IMG/VR virus record: IMGVR_UViG_3300022909_000064
Coordinates: 1-35,442 of that record
Length of the DNA: 35,442 bases
Direction: 5' to 3' (one strand)
From: a virus
Lineage: Duplodnaviria; Caudoviricetes
Positions 7,815 to 18,300 of the stretch are shown one piece after another; the stretch's first letter is position 1, and the number at the start of each line of letters is the position of its first letter. The notes beneath the pieces were generated by a model. The model did no database searches, had not been told where the DNA came from, and was given only the letters and a program-made list of their open reading frames with translations. The translations under genes were made by a program, and so were the position numbers.

Positions 7815-10615
7815 AATAATGCTGGGATTAACTTGGAGTTCTTATCGATACCACTAATGGTTGGATCACTTGCAATTGCAGGGGGTAGTTTTGTTTCCAA
7901 AGACTCATCAACTTGTCCTTTGATGTATTGAATCAACTCCCCATTGTCCTGCGTCATTGGTTGGTCATATAGGTCTGCGTGGAGAATACTTGTGCCATTG
8001 TCACGGAATATTCTCGCACCAGAAATAACCAATGGAGTGTTGCCAGTGTTCTGTAATTTGATGTCAGCAATGGCAGTATTCACTCGATAGTTCATGTGGT
8101 CAATCGCATCGATTGCACCAAACCATTGCCCAATGCCAGTAGAGGTGGTTGTTTGTTTTACATAGAATGCATAGAACTCTCTGACATCTGCGACCCCATC
8201 ACCATCAGAGATGTCGATCTGCACATTCGGATAGTCTGCGGACAGGGTAGTCAGATTGTCTGCATTAATTCCGTTGTCGTTATAGATAGTGTCTGCCTGT
8301 TGGTTTGCCTCGAAACTAATACCTACACTCGTTGCGATACCAAAAGCCTCGTAGGGGAGGAATGCCCCTGTCCCTGCTTGGCAGGTGATTCGCAGACGAA
8401 TATTGTCACCCAAACTCACTTCTTGGCCTGTGTAAGTGCCAGACGATGTCACTTTGTTTCCTGCCGTACCTGCAACCACTAAGTTTTCTACCTCTAGGTT
8501 TTTGGTAATATTGAAAAGTTGCAGGGTTGCAGTTGCCTCTACATTTGTAACCTCCCAAGGCAGGACCGTGTTTTCCCCATAAGTTCCGATAACTTCTGCA
8601 TTGTTGCTTAAAGTAATTGTTCCAGTGGTCTGAATATCTCCGACAAAACTGGATGCCTTGATGGTTAATATGTTACCGCTAATCGCGAATGCAGAAGCAG
8701 CATCCGTTACATTTCCGTCAATCACTACATCGTAAGAGCCCGCATTAATGGAGTTACCTTCCCGTGAAACAATAGTTGATGTTTCTCCTGCGTAATTATC
8801 CACTAAGTATGATTTTGCTCTATTGTAGAATTTCTGCGGCGTGTCTATTTCACTATTACCATCTGCTGTTGCTTTCGTCTCAGTAATGAGTTGGTCGTCA
8901 AACAAAACCCAATTAACAGCAAGTTCGCCTAATCCTTTAAGGGCTTGAGTAGAGGAGGAAAGTGAGTGGTTATAAGAGCAAAACTGGAATGTAAATTCAT
9001 CGGCATCCGTATTATCATTTGAACGACGGTCTACCCGATAGAAACCTCCAAAATTATCAGTATCCCAATCAGAAAAATCAGGCCTTCTCGTATTTGATGA
9101 GCTAAGACCCCAGCTGTTATTTGCTTTTACATATAAGTTGGGGTAGTCGTTTTGCGCACTAGGGTCATCTGCGTTATATTCGTGTAAATGGGCAGAGGTT
9201 GTAATCTTTAAGGTTGATATATTACCATTTGCATCCGATGTCGCGCTGTACTCAAAGGGGTTAGTGTAATCATATGTGACCGAACCATCAGCATTAATAA
9301 CCCCGTTCAGCAAAGTAGGAGTAGTGGTGTATGACCCCGCAGCTGTAGCTGGGGGGTAGGTTGCGTTTTTTGCATAATCAGAAGGATTATCCTTCAAGTA
9401 TAATTCTACACCCTCAATAGGATTGCTATCCGCATCTTTAAATTTAAAAGACACCTCCTTTTTAGTGACAACATTTCCCCTCTGGGCGTTTGGATTGCGC
9501 TGCACGGGGCGCCACATAGTGATTATATTTGAACCTGTGGCAGAGTTTACGATTTCAAAATCATGATGATGGTGGGTAACAGTTGTTCCGCTCCAAGCTC
9601 CGCCCGATAGAGTTCCTTTCACGCCATATGAGCCATCGTGCCCAAAGTCACACACACCAAAATTTTTAGATGCATCAAAATTTCTTAAGGAAAACTCATA
9701 CCAGCTATCTAAAACTTCAGATACGCAAGCATTTTCCAATACAACATCTATTTGCTTAGTGTTTTTTGGGTTAACTCCATTAATGTTAATCAGTTTGCCG
9801 TTATCCCACCATCCATCGCCCATGCTTCTCATTTCCACTGGTTGCCAGTTACCTGAGTTGTCTTGCCTAGGAGACATGAAAGTGGTGTTTTTTATATCAT
9901 AATGACCGTCTATAGAACAAGGGCGGTTAGTGACTATCGTACCACCCTTAGACCATAAGAAGGAAAATTGGTCGAAGAAAAATCCATGCTCATCGGGGTC
10001 ATATGCGCTCGTAGAATCTCCAGAAATTATAACACCTGTACCATCCGAATAACCGACTCTACCATTATTGTTGTATTCCTTGCCGTAGTTATAGATTGGT
10101 ATTCTGGTATACTCACTAATGGTGGAAGTAATAGTAAACGAGTTATCAGAATCCACGCCAGCCCAATAATAACCACGCTCTAGTGTTATTGTGTTTGTGG
10201 TTACCGATAAAACCCTGGCTTGCTTCTGCTCTATTGCGGAGCCTGTAACATTTCTGAATCTTAATGCATCTCCTGCCTCAACACTATGTCCCGTATGAGT
10301 TATTACATAATTCCCATCACTATCCACCGACCACCCATCTATGAAATTCCATGACCTAGAAGCAGTGGTTTCCTTGACCTTAATTACATGGGTTGTGGCA
10401 GTTGCTGATGTTGAGGTGTGATGAAATAACATTACCTCCTTGTCAGGATCGTGCCACAATGTGCCTTGTATATGAAGCCTGTTTGTTCCGAAATCGTAGT
10501 ATGTTATGCCATCGTCAGTTGTTGTTGTGACTCCGATATTAGTTGCAAGGTCTGACAGGTCATAGTCTCTCCCAGATTGATATATTACTCCACTTGCTGG
10601 TGCTGCAAAACTCAT
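7811..10615 (-). CDS. Large fibre/spike-like virion protein, candidate receptor-binding protein (934 aa)
   Basis: Thr/Ser/Asn/Gly-rich beta-type sequence, a THTGHSVEAGDALRFRNVTG module of a kind common in phage tail proteins, and position at the end of the fibre cluster; TAATG coupling. Confidence 0.65.
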   Translation of the reverse strand: MSFAAPASGVIYQSGRDYDLSDLATNIGVTTTTDDGITYYDFGTNRLHIQGTLWHDPDKEVMLFHHTSTSATATTHVIKVKETTASRSWNFIDGWSVDSDGNYVITHTGHSVEAGDALRFRNVTGSAIEQKQARVLSVTTNTITLERGYYWAGVDSDNSFTITSTISEYTRIPIYNYGKEYNNNGRVGYSDGTGVIISGDSTSAYDPDEHGFFFDQFSFLWSKGGTIVTNRPCSIDGHYDIKNTTFMSPRQDNSGNWQPVEMRSMGDGWWDNGKLININGVNPKNTKQIDVVLENACVSEVLDSWYEFSLRNFDASKNFGVCDFGHDGSYGVKGTLSGGAWSGTTVTHHHHDFEIVNSATGSNIITMWRPVQRNPNAQRGNVVTKKEVSFKFKDADSNPIEGVELYLKDNPSDYAKNATYPPATAAGSYTTTPTLLNGVINADGSVTYDYTNPFEYSATSDANGNISTLKITTSAHLHEYNADDPSAQNDYPNLYVKANNSWGLSSSNTRRPDFSDWDTDNFGGFYRVDRRSNDNTDADEFTFQFCSYNHSLSSSTQALKGLGELAVNWVLFDDQLITETKATADGNSEIDTPQKFYNRAKSYLVDNYAGETSTIVSREGNSINAGSYDVVIDGNVTDAASAFAISGNILTIKASSFVGDIQTTGTITLSNNAEVIGTYGENTVLPWEVTNVEATATLQLFNITKNLEVENLVVAGTAGNKVTSSGTYTGQEVSLGDNIRLRITCQAGTGAFLPYEAFGIATSVGISFEANQQADTIYNDNGINADNLTTLSADYPNVQIDISDGDGVADVREFYAFYVKQTTTSTGIGQWFGAIDAIDHMNYRVNTAIADIKLQNTGNTPLVISGARIFRDNGTSILHADLYDQPMTQDNGELIQYIKGQVDESLETKLPPAIASDPTISGIDKNSKLIPALL

Positions 10616-10932
10616 TATGCGTAATCCTTTTCTACTGAATCCAAATCACCACTGGTTACATCGTAAGCAAGGGTCTGAGTTAAGACTGTAGTCCCACTGG
10701 AATCTGTGACCACTATGCCAGTAAGTGATCCAGAATTGTAGGAGAGTGTCTTAGTCTTGACCAAGGTTACTTTGGTTGAATCAGTGTATGTAGTTACTGT
10801 GGATACATTGCCATTAGCATCATATCCAATTTCCGAATAGGCGTCATCCCCAGCTAAGCCACTAATACGGGAGTAGAGGTTTTTAACCTCACCCCCAATA
10901 GCATGGCCTATCTGAGAAAGTACGGAAGCCAC
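10615..10932 (-). CDS. Small fibre-associated protein (105 aa)
   Basis: GTG start; N-terminal VLSQIGHAIGGEVK motif shared with the upstream gene; three YD-like hairpin repeats (YDANGNV, YNSGSL, YDVTSGDL). Confidence 0.7.
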   Translation of the reverse strand: MASVLSQIGHAIGGEVKNLYSRISGLAGDDAYSEIGYDANGNVSTVTTYTDSTKVTLVKTKTLSYNSGSLTGIVVTDSSGTTVLTQTLAYDVTSGDLDSVEKDYA

Positions 10933-10938
10933 ATCCTG

Positions 10939-12336
10939 TTACACTTTGGCAGCAGCTAGTGAGCTAGTAAAAGCCGCTACAGTTCCTAAAGGTATTGCAA
11001 CAGAGTTAGCGTCATAGCCTAATATAAGACTATCTCCAGAGTCTACAGTTACCTTGCTTGCGGTAATGTCTTTTGCCTTAAGATCTGCTTTTTCAGTACC
11101 TAGACTGAACTCCCAAAAACCCTGTCCGCTGTTTTCGTCCCAGATTAAAGAAGCTTTGTCACCATCTCCTACTATTGGAGCATGATCTACGGTAATATCC
11201 CAGAATTCTGGGTCCGATGAATTTTCAAAATAAGCTATTGACCACCCATCACTCATTGTGACATCGCTGCCTGCATAAGTACCTATAACCTGAGACTCAG
11301 AACCTTTTTCAAGGGTAATATTTCCTCCGACAGAAAATCGAACCTCCCAAGTAACACTGTTTGTGTCAGATGCCTGGTAAATGGCTGAAACTTTCTTAGT
11401 TTCTCCTCCGTATTCTAAAGCATCAATAACTGCTGTTGTAGAAGTTTTTGCCATAGCCCCAGTATCACCAGTCCAGCCTAAAGTATTTGAAGCGTAGCCT
11501 AATGTTGGGGTGTAAGTTATTAAAATAGCCCAAGCATTCTGACCTGGATCTACATAGTTTACGCCCCAGCCATCTATAAAATCTATTTCCTCAGTGGCTT
11601 TTGAAAGTGTACCGATTTTAAATGTAGTACCACCAGTGGGGGTTAAATTAAGATCGTAGACAGAAGTTGAACCAACACCCGAAACTTGAACAGTACTAAG
11701 TGTCCACTTAGTGCCGCTTGCATCGGTGTAAGAGTAGGTATCACTCCAATATGTGGTCGCAGAATTAACTGTCCAACTAAAACTATGAATCGCTTCGTTT
11801 GTCCATGCGTCAATTTCGTTAGATGTAGGAGCAACAAACCCATCAGGGTGTTTCGTAGTTGAAATATCTACCTGTTCTTCTGATTCACCATCACCTCTAT
11901 TTACCTGAAGACCAGCAGTTGAGGCAGTAGCTGTTCCGTCAGAAGCTGTGAGGTTAACCTCGATTATATTATCTTCAACAGCTAGAGTCTGAGTATTGAG
12001 TGTTGTTGTTTCACCGTTAACAGTAAGATCACCTCCAATTGTAAAATTACCTGTAACAGAATCTATAGCACTAAGTGTCGGGGCGTCTGTGATAAGGGAG
12101 TAAGGGATATTACCAGTAGCTATAGTCCCAAGGGTGGTAATATTTGCGGAACCTGCCCATGTCGATAGAGCCGTATTTTCTACAAGATCCAGACCCACTT
12201 GGGATTTAGTAACGGCGTGCGGGTTAAGTGTCGATGTTGTGTGGTTAGATAAAGAGGTAGTGACTGTTTTTACTTCAGCTCCTACTTGTTTACCTATCTT
12301 TCCTAAAACTGTTGTTGGTGTGTCTGCTTCGCTCAT
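10939..12336 (-). CDS. Tail/head fibre protein (465 aa)
   Basis: NPHAVTKSQVGL, TWAGSANITTLGTIATG, IGGDLTVNGETTTLNT...VEDNII...AGLQVNRG...LIWDE are recurrent phage fibre shaft motifs. Confidence 0.8.
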   Translation of the reverse strand: MSEADTPTTVLGKIGKQVGAEVKTVTTSLSNHTTSTLNPHAVTKSQVGLDLVENTALSTWAGSANITTLGTIATGNIPYSLITDAPTLSAIDSVTGNFTIGGDLTVNGETTTLNTQTLAVEDNIIEVNLTASDGTATASTAGLQVNRGDGESEEQVDISTTKHPDGFVAPTSNEIDAWTNEAIHSFSWTVNSATTYWSDTYSYTDASGTKWTLSTVQVSGVGSTSVYDLNLTPTGGTTFKIGTLSKATEEIDFIDGWGVNYVDPGQNAWAILITYTPTLGYASNTLGWTGDTGAMAKTSTTAVIDALEYGGETKKVSAIYQASDTNSVTWEVRFSVGGNITLEKGSESQVIGTYAGSDVTMSDGWSIAYFENSSDPEFWDITVDHAPIVGDGDKASLIWDENSGQGFWEFSLGTEKADLKAKDITASKVTVDSGDSLILGYDANSVAIPLGTVAAFTSSLAAAKV

Positions 12337-12575
12337 GGGTTTATTTTATAGTGTTCATACGATGAAAGGAAATCGGTTTCATTTCCGTATTCGTTTTTTA
12401 AATCTTCTATGTCTTTATCGTTTAAGTATGGCAGATCCGACCAGTTGTTGAATCCATCACCGCACTTAATTTTTTTATTGGATGTGTTTAGACAAAGCTC
12501 GCCTTGAAAAGGGATAGGATTCAAAGTAACCCACCTTTCTTCGGAATCTTTTCGTATAACTATTGTGACAGACAT
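12333..12575 (-). CDS. Stand-alone Mtd_N-like (major tropism determinant / hyaluronidase N-terminal) domain protein (80 aa)
   Basis: IVIRKDSEERWVTLNPIPFQGELCLNTSNKKIKCGDGFNNWSDLPY matches the Mtd_N pattern (IRRDT..NW...NP.L..GE...TDT...K.GDG...W..LPY). Confidence 0.85.
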   Translation of the reverse strand: MSVTIVIRKDSEERWVTLNPIPFQGELCLNTSNKKIKCGDGFNNWSDLPYLNDKDIEDLKNEYGNETDFLSSYEHYKINP

Positions 12576-12577
12576 AT

Positions 12578-12817
12578 CTAATACCCTGAGCAGTTTGAGC
12601 TAGATGCATTGCCTCCATCTATAAATATACAAAAATCTACATTTGAAGATGTAAGAGGGCTAAGATCAGTTGTTGTAATAACCCTGTCTTCAAGATCTGA
12701 AAGGTCGTCTTTTGATGCATATGAGCTATCTTCAGGAGGTGCTGATATAACACGGTAAGAACGACCCTCTGGAATAGGGTCTGGATCGCTTGATGTGATT
12801 ACTTTAAATTTACCCAT
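12578..12817 (-). CDS. Small fibre-associated protein with C-terminal IDGG motif (79 aa)
   Basis: SD-like GAGGT upstream; tight packing; IDGGNA near the C-terminus, directly before the Mtd_N-like gene. Confidence 0.65.
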   Translation of the reverse strand: MGKFKVITSSDPDPIPEGRSYRVISAPPEDSSYASKDDLSDLEDRVITTTDLSPLTSSNVDFCIFIDGGNASSSNCSGY

Positions 12818-12818
12818 A

Positions 12819-13094
12819 TCAACTACCTCTAAACATTTTAGGATGTGATGTTTTTAAGTTTTTGGTTTCGATCTTGATAACAGTTTCGACGAGAGCCAAA
12901 GGCGATACCTTCTCAAGTGCGTTAACGACTGCCTTGAGTGCAAGCGTTTCCTCTGCCGATGTTGAGGGGTCGAGCATCTTTGTGAGATATCTCCCTCTTT
13001 CCGTCTGAAAGCGTTTCTCAAGATGTAAAAAAGATTCATCATTGGATAGCCTCTTTAAGTCCGAAAACTTATCAAACATCACGATATCTGGCAT
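12819..13094 (-). CDS. Small helical protein downstream of the portal (91 aa)
   Basis: TAATG coupling; amphipathic helices; small helical genes commonly follow podovirus portals. Confidence 0.7.
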   Translation of the reverse strand: MPDIVMFDKFSDLKRLSNDESFLHLEKRFQTERGRYLTKMLDPSTSAEETLALKAVVNALEKVSPLALVETVIKIETKNLKTSHPKMFRGS

Positions 13095-13318
13095 TATCTT
13101 ACAGAAGTGGCTCGATTTACTTTATTGATAACACCAGTAACTGGTTGAAATATGGTGCCTAAAGACGCACCGAAAGCTGGAAAGTCTGGTCCGAACAATC
13201 TTTTTGCAACTTCTTTATTTTCATTTTTTCTTCTGTCCCGCCTCCTTTTTAATGGCTTGGGGAACGAAGGTATTTTTGAGTTTTGGTATTTTCTGAATTT
13301 TGGTAATGTTGGTAACAT
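13094..13318 (-). CDS. Small basic hypothetical protein (74 aa)
   Basis: Fills the gap after the portal; A-rich leader TAACAAAAAAC like that of the capsid gene; stop overlaps the next ATG. Confidence 0.6.
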   Translation of the reverse strand: MLPTLPKFRKYQNSKIPSFPKPLKRRRDRRKNENKEVAKRLFGPDFPAFGASLGTIFQPVTGVINKVNRATSVR

Positions 13319-13336
13319 AGCTTTTAAGGTTTTTTG

Positions 13337-15373
13337 TTATTGATACTGGTTTTGACCTTGAGGGTTACTGTTTCCCATCACGGCAGCAGATCCTTCAGTG
13401 TTTGCCTCTGCCTGCCCTGGGGATCCAGCTCCGTCAGATAAAAGTTTCATTATCTCCGCCTCTTGCCTTGGATCAGCAGGGGCTTGCTCGGGAAGAAGTT
13501 CATCAACATTCTCGTACCCAAGTGCATCTAAAATACGCTTACACAAAGGACGAACGAAAGGACGCATCTCAGGAGGTGACTCGAAGAATCTTTGCTGTGC
13601 CTGTAGTGCGAGATTTGCTTTTTCAATAGCCCTTTGGCCTTGGTCCTGTGATAGTATTACAGTTGCATCGATCTCCATCTTCTTAACAGATTCAGGAGTC
13701 ATGGATCCAAACTGTTTAATGTCGCCCTCCATGTACTCGAAAACCTCTTCTTCATCTAAGGTAGTGGCTGTAATCTTTACTAACTTAGTTAAATGATCTT
13801 CGAACCCTTTTACTATTCTACGCATCCATCGACGGCCGATCTTTGACGCTTCCCTAAGAGTAGCTTCAACACCTGTTGCCGTATTAGCAGGAGCAAGTGC
13901 CTGGTAATCCCCTTGTGCCATATTACTTACTCCTAGCCAAAGCTGAACCAAGCCAAAAACAAAGTCGATCATCTGCTGTGTTTTAGCATCTGCATTAGGT
14001 AACTGCACATAACTTATGAAGTCATCTGCCGTATTTCCGTCCTTAAGCTCAAAAACACGACCTGGCATAAGCTCTATGTCTTCAGGCTCTTCCTCGACTG
14101 CATGGGCGTTAGCACCAACAATAGGGTTAGCGGTAAGTTCATTTCTGTAAGCCTCAGAGTTAAACTGCTTATCAATAAATTCTTGGTAGACTGAAATTCT
14201 TTCTGGTAAAGAGGGACCCCACCATCTGTTACGCTGCCTTCCGATAGAAACTGTGCTGTAAGGGAGTCTGTTATCTGGGGTCACTTTAGCTACATACTCG
14301 TAATAGATAGCTTTTTTAGTTTCAGGCTCTAAGAATAAGCAGAAATCTTGAGGCGTACCAGTACCTAAAACATCTCTTCTAACCCAGCACTCAACCACCT
14401 GAATGCTTGGGTTTTCTTTGTTGTCGAAACTTAAATCCTCTTTGGATTCATCACGGGGTGGTATTGAGTTGTAGTTACCCTCAGTGTTCGTGTTAGTCCT
14501 TTTATTTGCATCCTTTTTTACAGACTCGGAAAACTCTGAGTAAGAAAGCCATTCACGATTTAAAAACATATTCTCAGCCCACTTCAGAGGCTTGTCGTAT
14601 AGCTCAACAACAAAATCAGCATCCTGAACGCTTTCCACATCTGATGGGCATAAGAACCTGTCAGAGTCAATGACTACGCTTTTTGCACCTTTGAATATAA
14701 CTTGCTCTGTAGGTACCCCATTCGGGTAGGGTCTAAACTCATGAACGCCAGGAGTCATAACAAAAGATGGGTCTTCCTGAAGCCTTAACATCGGCATCCC
14801 TGTCTCAATATCTACATCTTGTATGAACTTAGCCTCTCCCTCAATAATGGGTCCGTAATTGGGGATCTCTTCGAAGGATTCTTCTTCAATGTTATACAAA
14901 GCATTTCTTTCATAATCCATCCACTGGGATGTCTTATTTTCGAAGACTGCTTTCATTATGCAGGCTCTCTGTAAAAAGATGTGCAGGTAGGACTCCTCAA
15001 GCCTTTCTCTAGTATGACCTACTGTTTCTAGCTTCCAATTAAAGTACTTGTCATAAGCATCGGTCTTGACTTCGTCAGACCTCCCCTGAGGCATAAAACG
15101 AAAGAAAGGAGATGTTCCTGTGATCTCGTCTTCAGCCCTAGCTAGGAAATGATCTACGACAAGTGTTGTCATAGGGACAGGAACATTAGATTTTGAGTAT
15201 ATAGAATCCAGAATCTCTCTATCTGGCCTGTCGTTTTGATAGACATTCCAGCTTAATCGATCTGACTCGATTCTCTCCTTGTTGTCCATCTTCAAGCTTT
15301 CAACACGCTCAAAAGCGTACTTTAAGAGATCGCTCTCCTGCTCTTCTGTTAGCTTTAAATTAGTATCGATCAT
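13337..15373 (-). CDS. Portal protein (678 aa)
   Basis: SNVPVPMT, PFFRFMP, IQVVECWVR, WWGPSLPE, LMPGRVF, LGVSNMAQG...TATGV and a Gln-rich C-tail are typical of P22/T7-type podovirus portals. Confidence 0.9.
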   Translation of the reverse strand: MIDTNLKLTEEQESDLLKYAFERVESLKMDNKERIESDRLSWNVYQNDRPDREILDSIYSKSNVPVPMTTLVVDHFLARAEDEITGTSPFFRFMPQGRSDEVKTDAYDKYFNWKLETVGHTRERLEESYLHIFLQRACIMKAVFENKTSQWMDYERNALYNIEEESFEEIPNYGPIIEGEAKFIQDVDIETGMPMLRLQEDPSFVMTPGVHEFRPYPNGVPTEQVIFKGAKSVVIDSDRFLCPSDVESVQDADFVVELYDKPLKWAENMFLNREWLSYSEFSESVKKDANKRTNTNTEGNYNSIPPRDESKEDLSFDNKENPSIQVVECWVRRDVLGTGTPQDFCLFLEPETKKAIYYEYVAKVTPDNRLPYSTVSIGRQRNRWWGPSLPERISVYQEFIDKQFNSEAYRNELTANPIVGANAHAVEEEPEDIELMPGRVFELKDGNTADDFISYVQLPNADAKTQQMIDFVFGLVQLWLGVSNMAQGDYQALAPANTATGVEATLREASKIGRRWMRRIVKGFEDHLTKLVKITATTLDEEEVFEYMEGDIKQFGSMTPESVKKMEIDATVILSQDQGQRAIEKANLALQAQQRFFESPPEMRPFVRPLCKRILDALGYENVDELLPEQAPADPRQEAEIMKLLSDGAGSPGQAEANTEGSAAVMGNSNPQGQNQYQ

Positions 15374-18300
15374 ATGTAGATTTCAAGCGTCCTCGCTTGT
15401 TTTAGGATAGACGACATCCCTTTTATTCTCTCACGATACAAACGATCTTCAAGGGGTTGTATTTTAGACCTATCAATTCCAGACTTTATTCTTTTGTTGA
15501 TGTCTCTCTTCATTTTACCAGATCTGCTCTTCTGGGAACTTATCAAAGAGTATATCTTAAAATAGTTTTTATTCTTATTGTAGAAATCTTTAGCTTCTCG
15601 ACCTCTGCCATTTTTTAGAAGGTATTGATAATGCGTGTCGTAGCTTCCAGTAAGTTTGCTAAGGTCATAGTACCTTGACTGCATCTGAGTGTCTCTTGTC
15701 TCGTCTTTGTACAACCTAGATACAACAGGTATAGCTCTAGTGCTTCCGATATTAGGTGTTTTACCTTTGAGCTTGTCGTAACCAAACCCACTTATAGCCA
15801 TAATCTGCCTACCCATAGTACCGAAGAAATAGCTAAATGTGTGGTCTATAGTTGATGGCGAAATATCTACAAAGCCAGATTGATTTTCGTTCCCACCTGT
15901 TAATTTATTTAAAGTCTTTGTAAGATCTTTCGATATGGGGTTTACACTACTAAAATAAAGCTGAGAGTCAGGCTTTTCACCTTTTTCAAAAGGGCTTCTT
16001 TCAGGTCTGATCGGATTGCCCATAAAGTTAGAGTTATACGATATTTCGTAAATAGGTCTTACAGCATGTGGTATAACCCTACCTAGACCCGTACCGCCAC
16101 TCATTGGGTGGAATGTATCCATTGCACTGCTTAAGACTTCAGACGCTGCTTCGAAAGCTCCATACTTCCTGTCTGCCTTACCTGCTGAATCTACCGCAAA
16201 ATCTGCAAGCGTAGCACCGATTCCGTAGGGTAAATTCCAGCCATAAGGCAGAGGAGCTACAACCCTGCCCCCGTCTCCGTTAGGTTTAAGGAAAATATTC
16301 AACCCATGCTTTTTCTCCCATGACGACAGCCTATCCCAGTGCTGTTCCTCAGTCTCTTCATCCTCGCCTGCGTACAGACGCATAAGCAGTGAGTATGCAA
16401 AACCTCCCATAATGATTTTCATCAAAAGTCTTTGCTTGAACTCAGTAGAGCCTCCCATATCGGGAGATGTAAGTGCTCTTACAAGACGAGCATTACCTGA
16501 GATGCCAGCACCGAAGAATGGGAATAGTGCATTGAAAACATTTGTGTAATTTCCTTTTCTGTTAAAATCTACAGTGCCCTCTCTACCTCCTTTATATGCA
16601 GCGTTCTGAAAGGTAGCACCATTCATTACCATAACCTTGAAAGCCTGCATACGAGTTGCATTCTCAACACCTGTGTTGATGTCATTAACCCAGTCAAAAA
16701 ATACAGTTCCAGCATTTCTACTATTGAAGGGCTTTCCAGACTTTTGGAATCTCTTGAGCTTTCTAATAATGTCAGATGTTTTCTTCTCTGCATCAATAAG
16801 ACCAAAGAACTCAACCTTACCGCCTGCTTTCTGCATGGCGATAGCTGTCATGGCTGGGTTCTGGAATAGCTTAGTTAACTCCTCCTCGGTTATATCATTT
16901 CGGTCTTTTTTCATGACCTCGTTTAGGAACCTTCTGTCAGAATCTGAAAGAACGGAATCCATACTCTTACCAGCTCTTCGGGCTTTTGCTACTGCATACA
17001 TACCTTTGAAGTTGCCGTACATAGATCGAGGATCGACAATCTGTTTAGCTATGTCTCTCGTTTCTTGGTCTGATTTTAAGTTCAACACACCACTAACAAA
17101 ATCCCTGAAAAAGTTAGTGAGAATGAAATCCAAGTTCCAAACAGTATAGATAGAGGAGAAAAACCCGCTAGCTATTCCGAAAGCTCTTAAGATAGGGCCC
17201 ATCTGAAAGTTGTTCTTATTCTTCAGAGCATCCGAAATTCTCTTTCCTGTATCGCCTTTAAAAATGATGTAAACAGGCTCACCTTTTACACGAACTGTAA
17301 ACACATTGTCCTCTAACTCTAGAGCATTTACTTCCATCTCCTGAAAGTAAGACTTATCCTCCCCTAAATCAGGGTCATAGCTTAGCTTTAGAACTTTTTT
17401 AGTCTCGGAGTGCTTACCGAGATCTATCGGTCTAACTATTTGAAAGATTCCGCCCCACTCTTTTTTTAACTTTTCGTCCTTGTTTACCATGTTCAACAAG
17501 TCAAGAAGACCTCTAGATGTCTCTTTGTTCTTGTTAGCTCTAAGCACAGCCTCAAGGTTACTTCGAAACGCATTCCCCCAGATCTCATGAGAGTTAGCTT
17601 TAGTGGTTCTACCAAGTGCTGCAGTAAGTGCCAGTCTTCCACCTGTCTGACTAAAACCAGAACCAGTACCCTGGGCTCCTGATACTTCATCTATGTGAAC
17701 CATTTCTTGGATCATGTCTAACCCAGTTGGGTAGTCATCGATCATCTCTTTTTCAAAACCTCTTAATGGAGCCCATACAAACTCGCCCTTTTCGTTAGTA
17801 GCTGCCTTTTTAAGTCGTGCAAATTGATCTGCCGAAAGAACCTCACCTTCTACCAATATTCTCAAGGTATCCATGTTCATTTTATCGAAGTCTTTAACTA
17901 TGCTGTCTAGTTTTTTGAATTCAGGATGCTTTTCTGTTGTTTTTAGTATTCTGTCAGCCTCTTTTTCTGACATACCTGAGCCCAGGATATTCCCTTCCTT
18001 ATCTTTGCCTTCAAGCATAGGGCTCTTTTTATACTTCTCCCGAATGTATTTGTTTCTTATTTTGGCAAACCTAGCGTAAGCAAAATCACCGAAAAACTTC
18101 AAAGGATCTTCCACATTAAGCTCTGAAATTTTCTCCATGAAAGGAGTTTCATATTGAGCTTTTGCTTCGTCTACTTCAACACCTGTCTTGCCCGTGTAGA
18201 GACGGATCTTTTGATTGAGCCTGACAGAGTCCATATCCGCCTTGTTATTAGGATCAATTACACCTTGTTTTATAAGATCCTGGATCATGAGCTCATTCAT

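Noticed and set aside
12333-12575. Diversity-generating retroelement suggested by the Mtd_N-like domain
   Set aside because: No reverse transcriptase, no TR/VR pair differing at adenines and no C-type-lectin tip seen in the window; Mtd_N is a general fibre connector domain.
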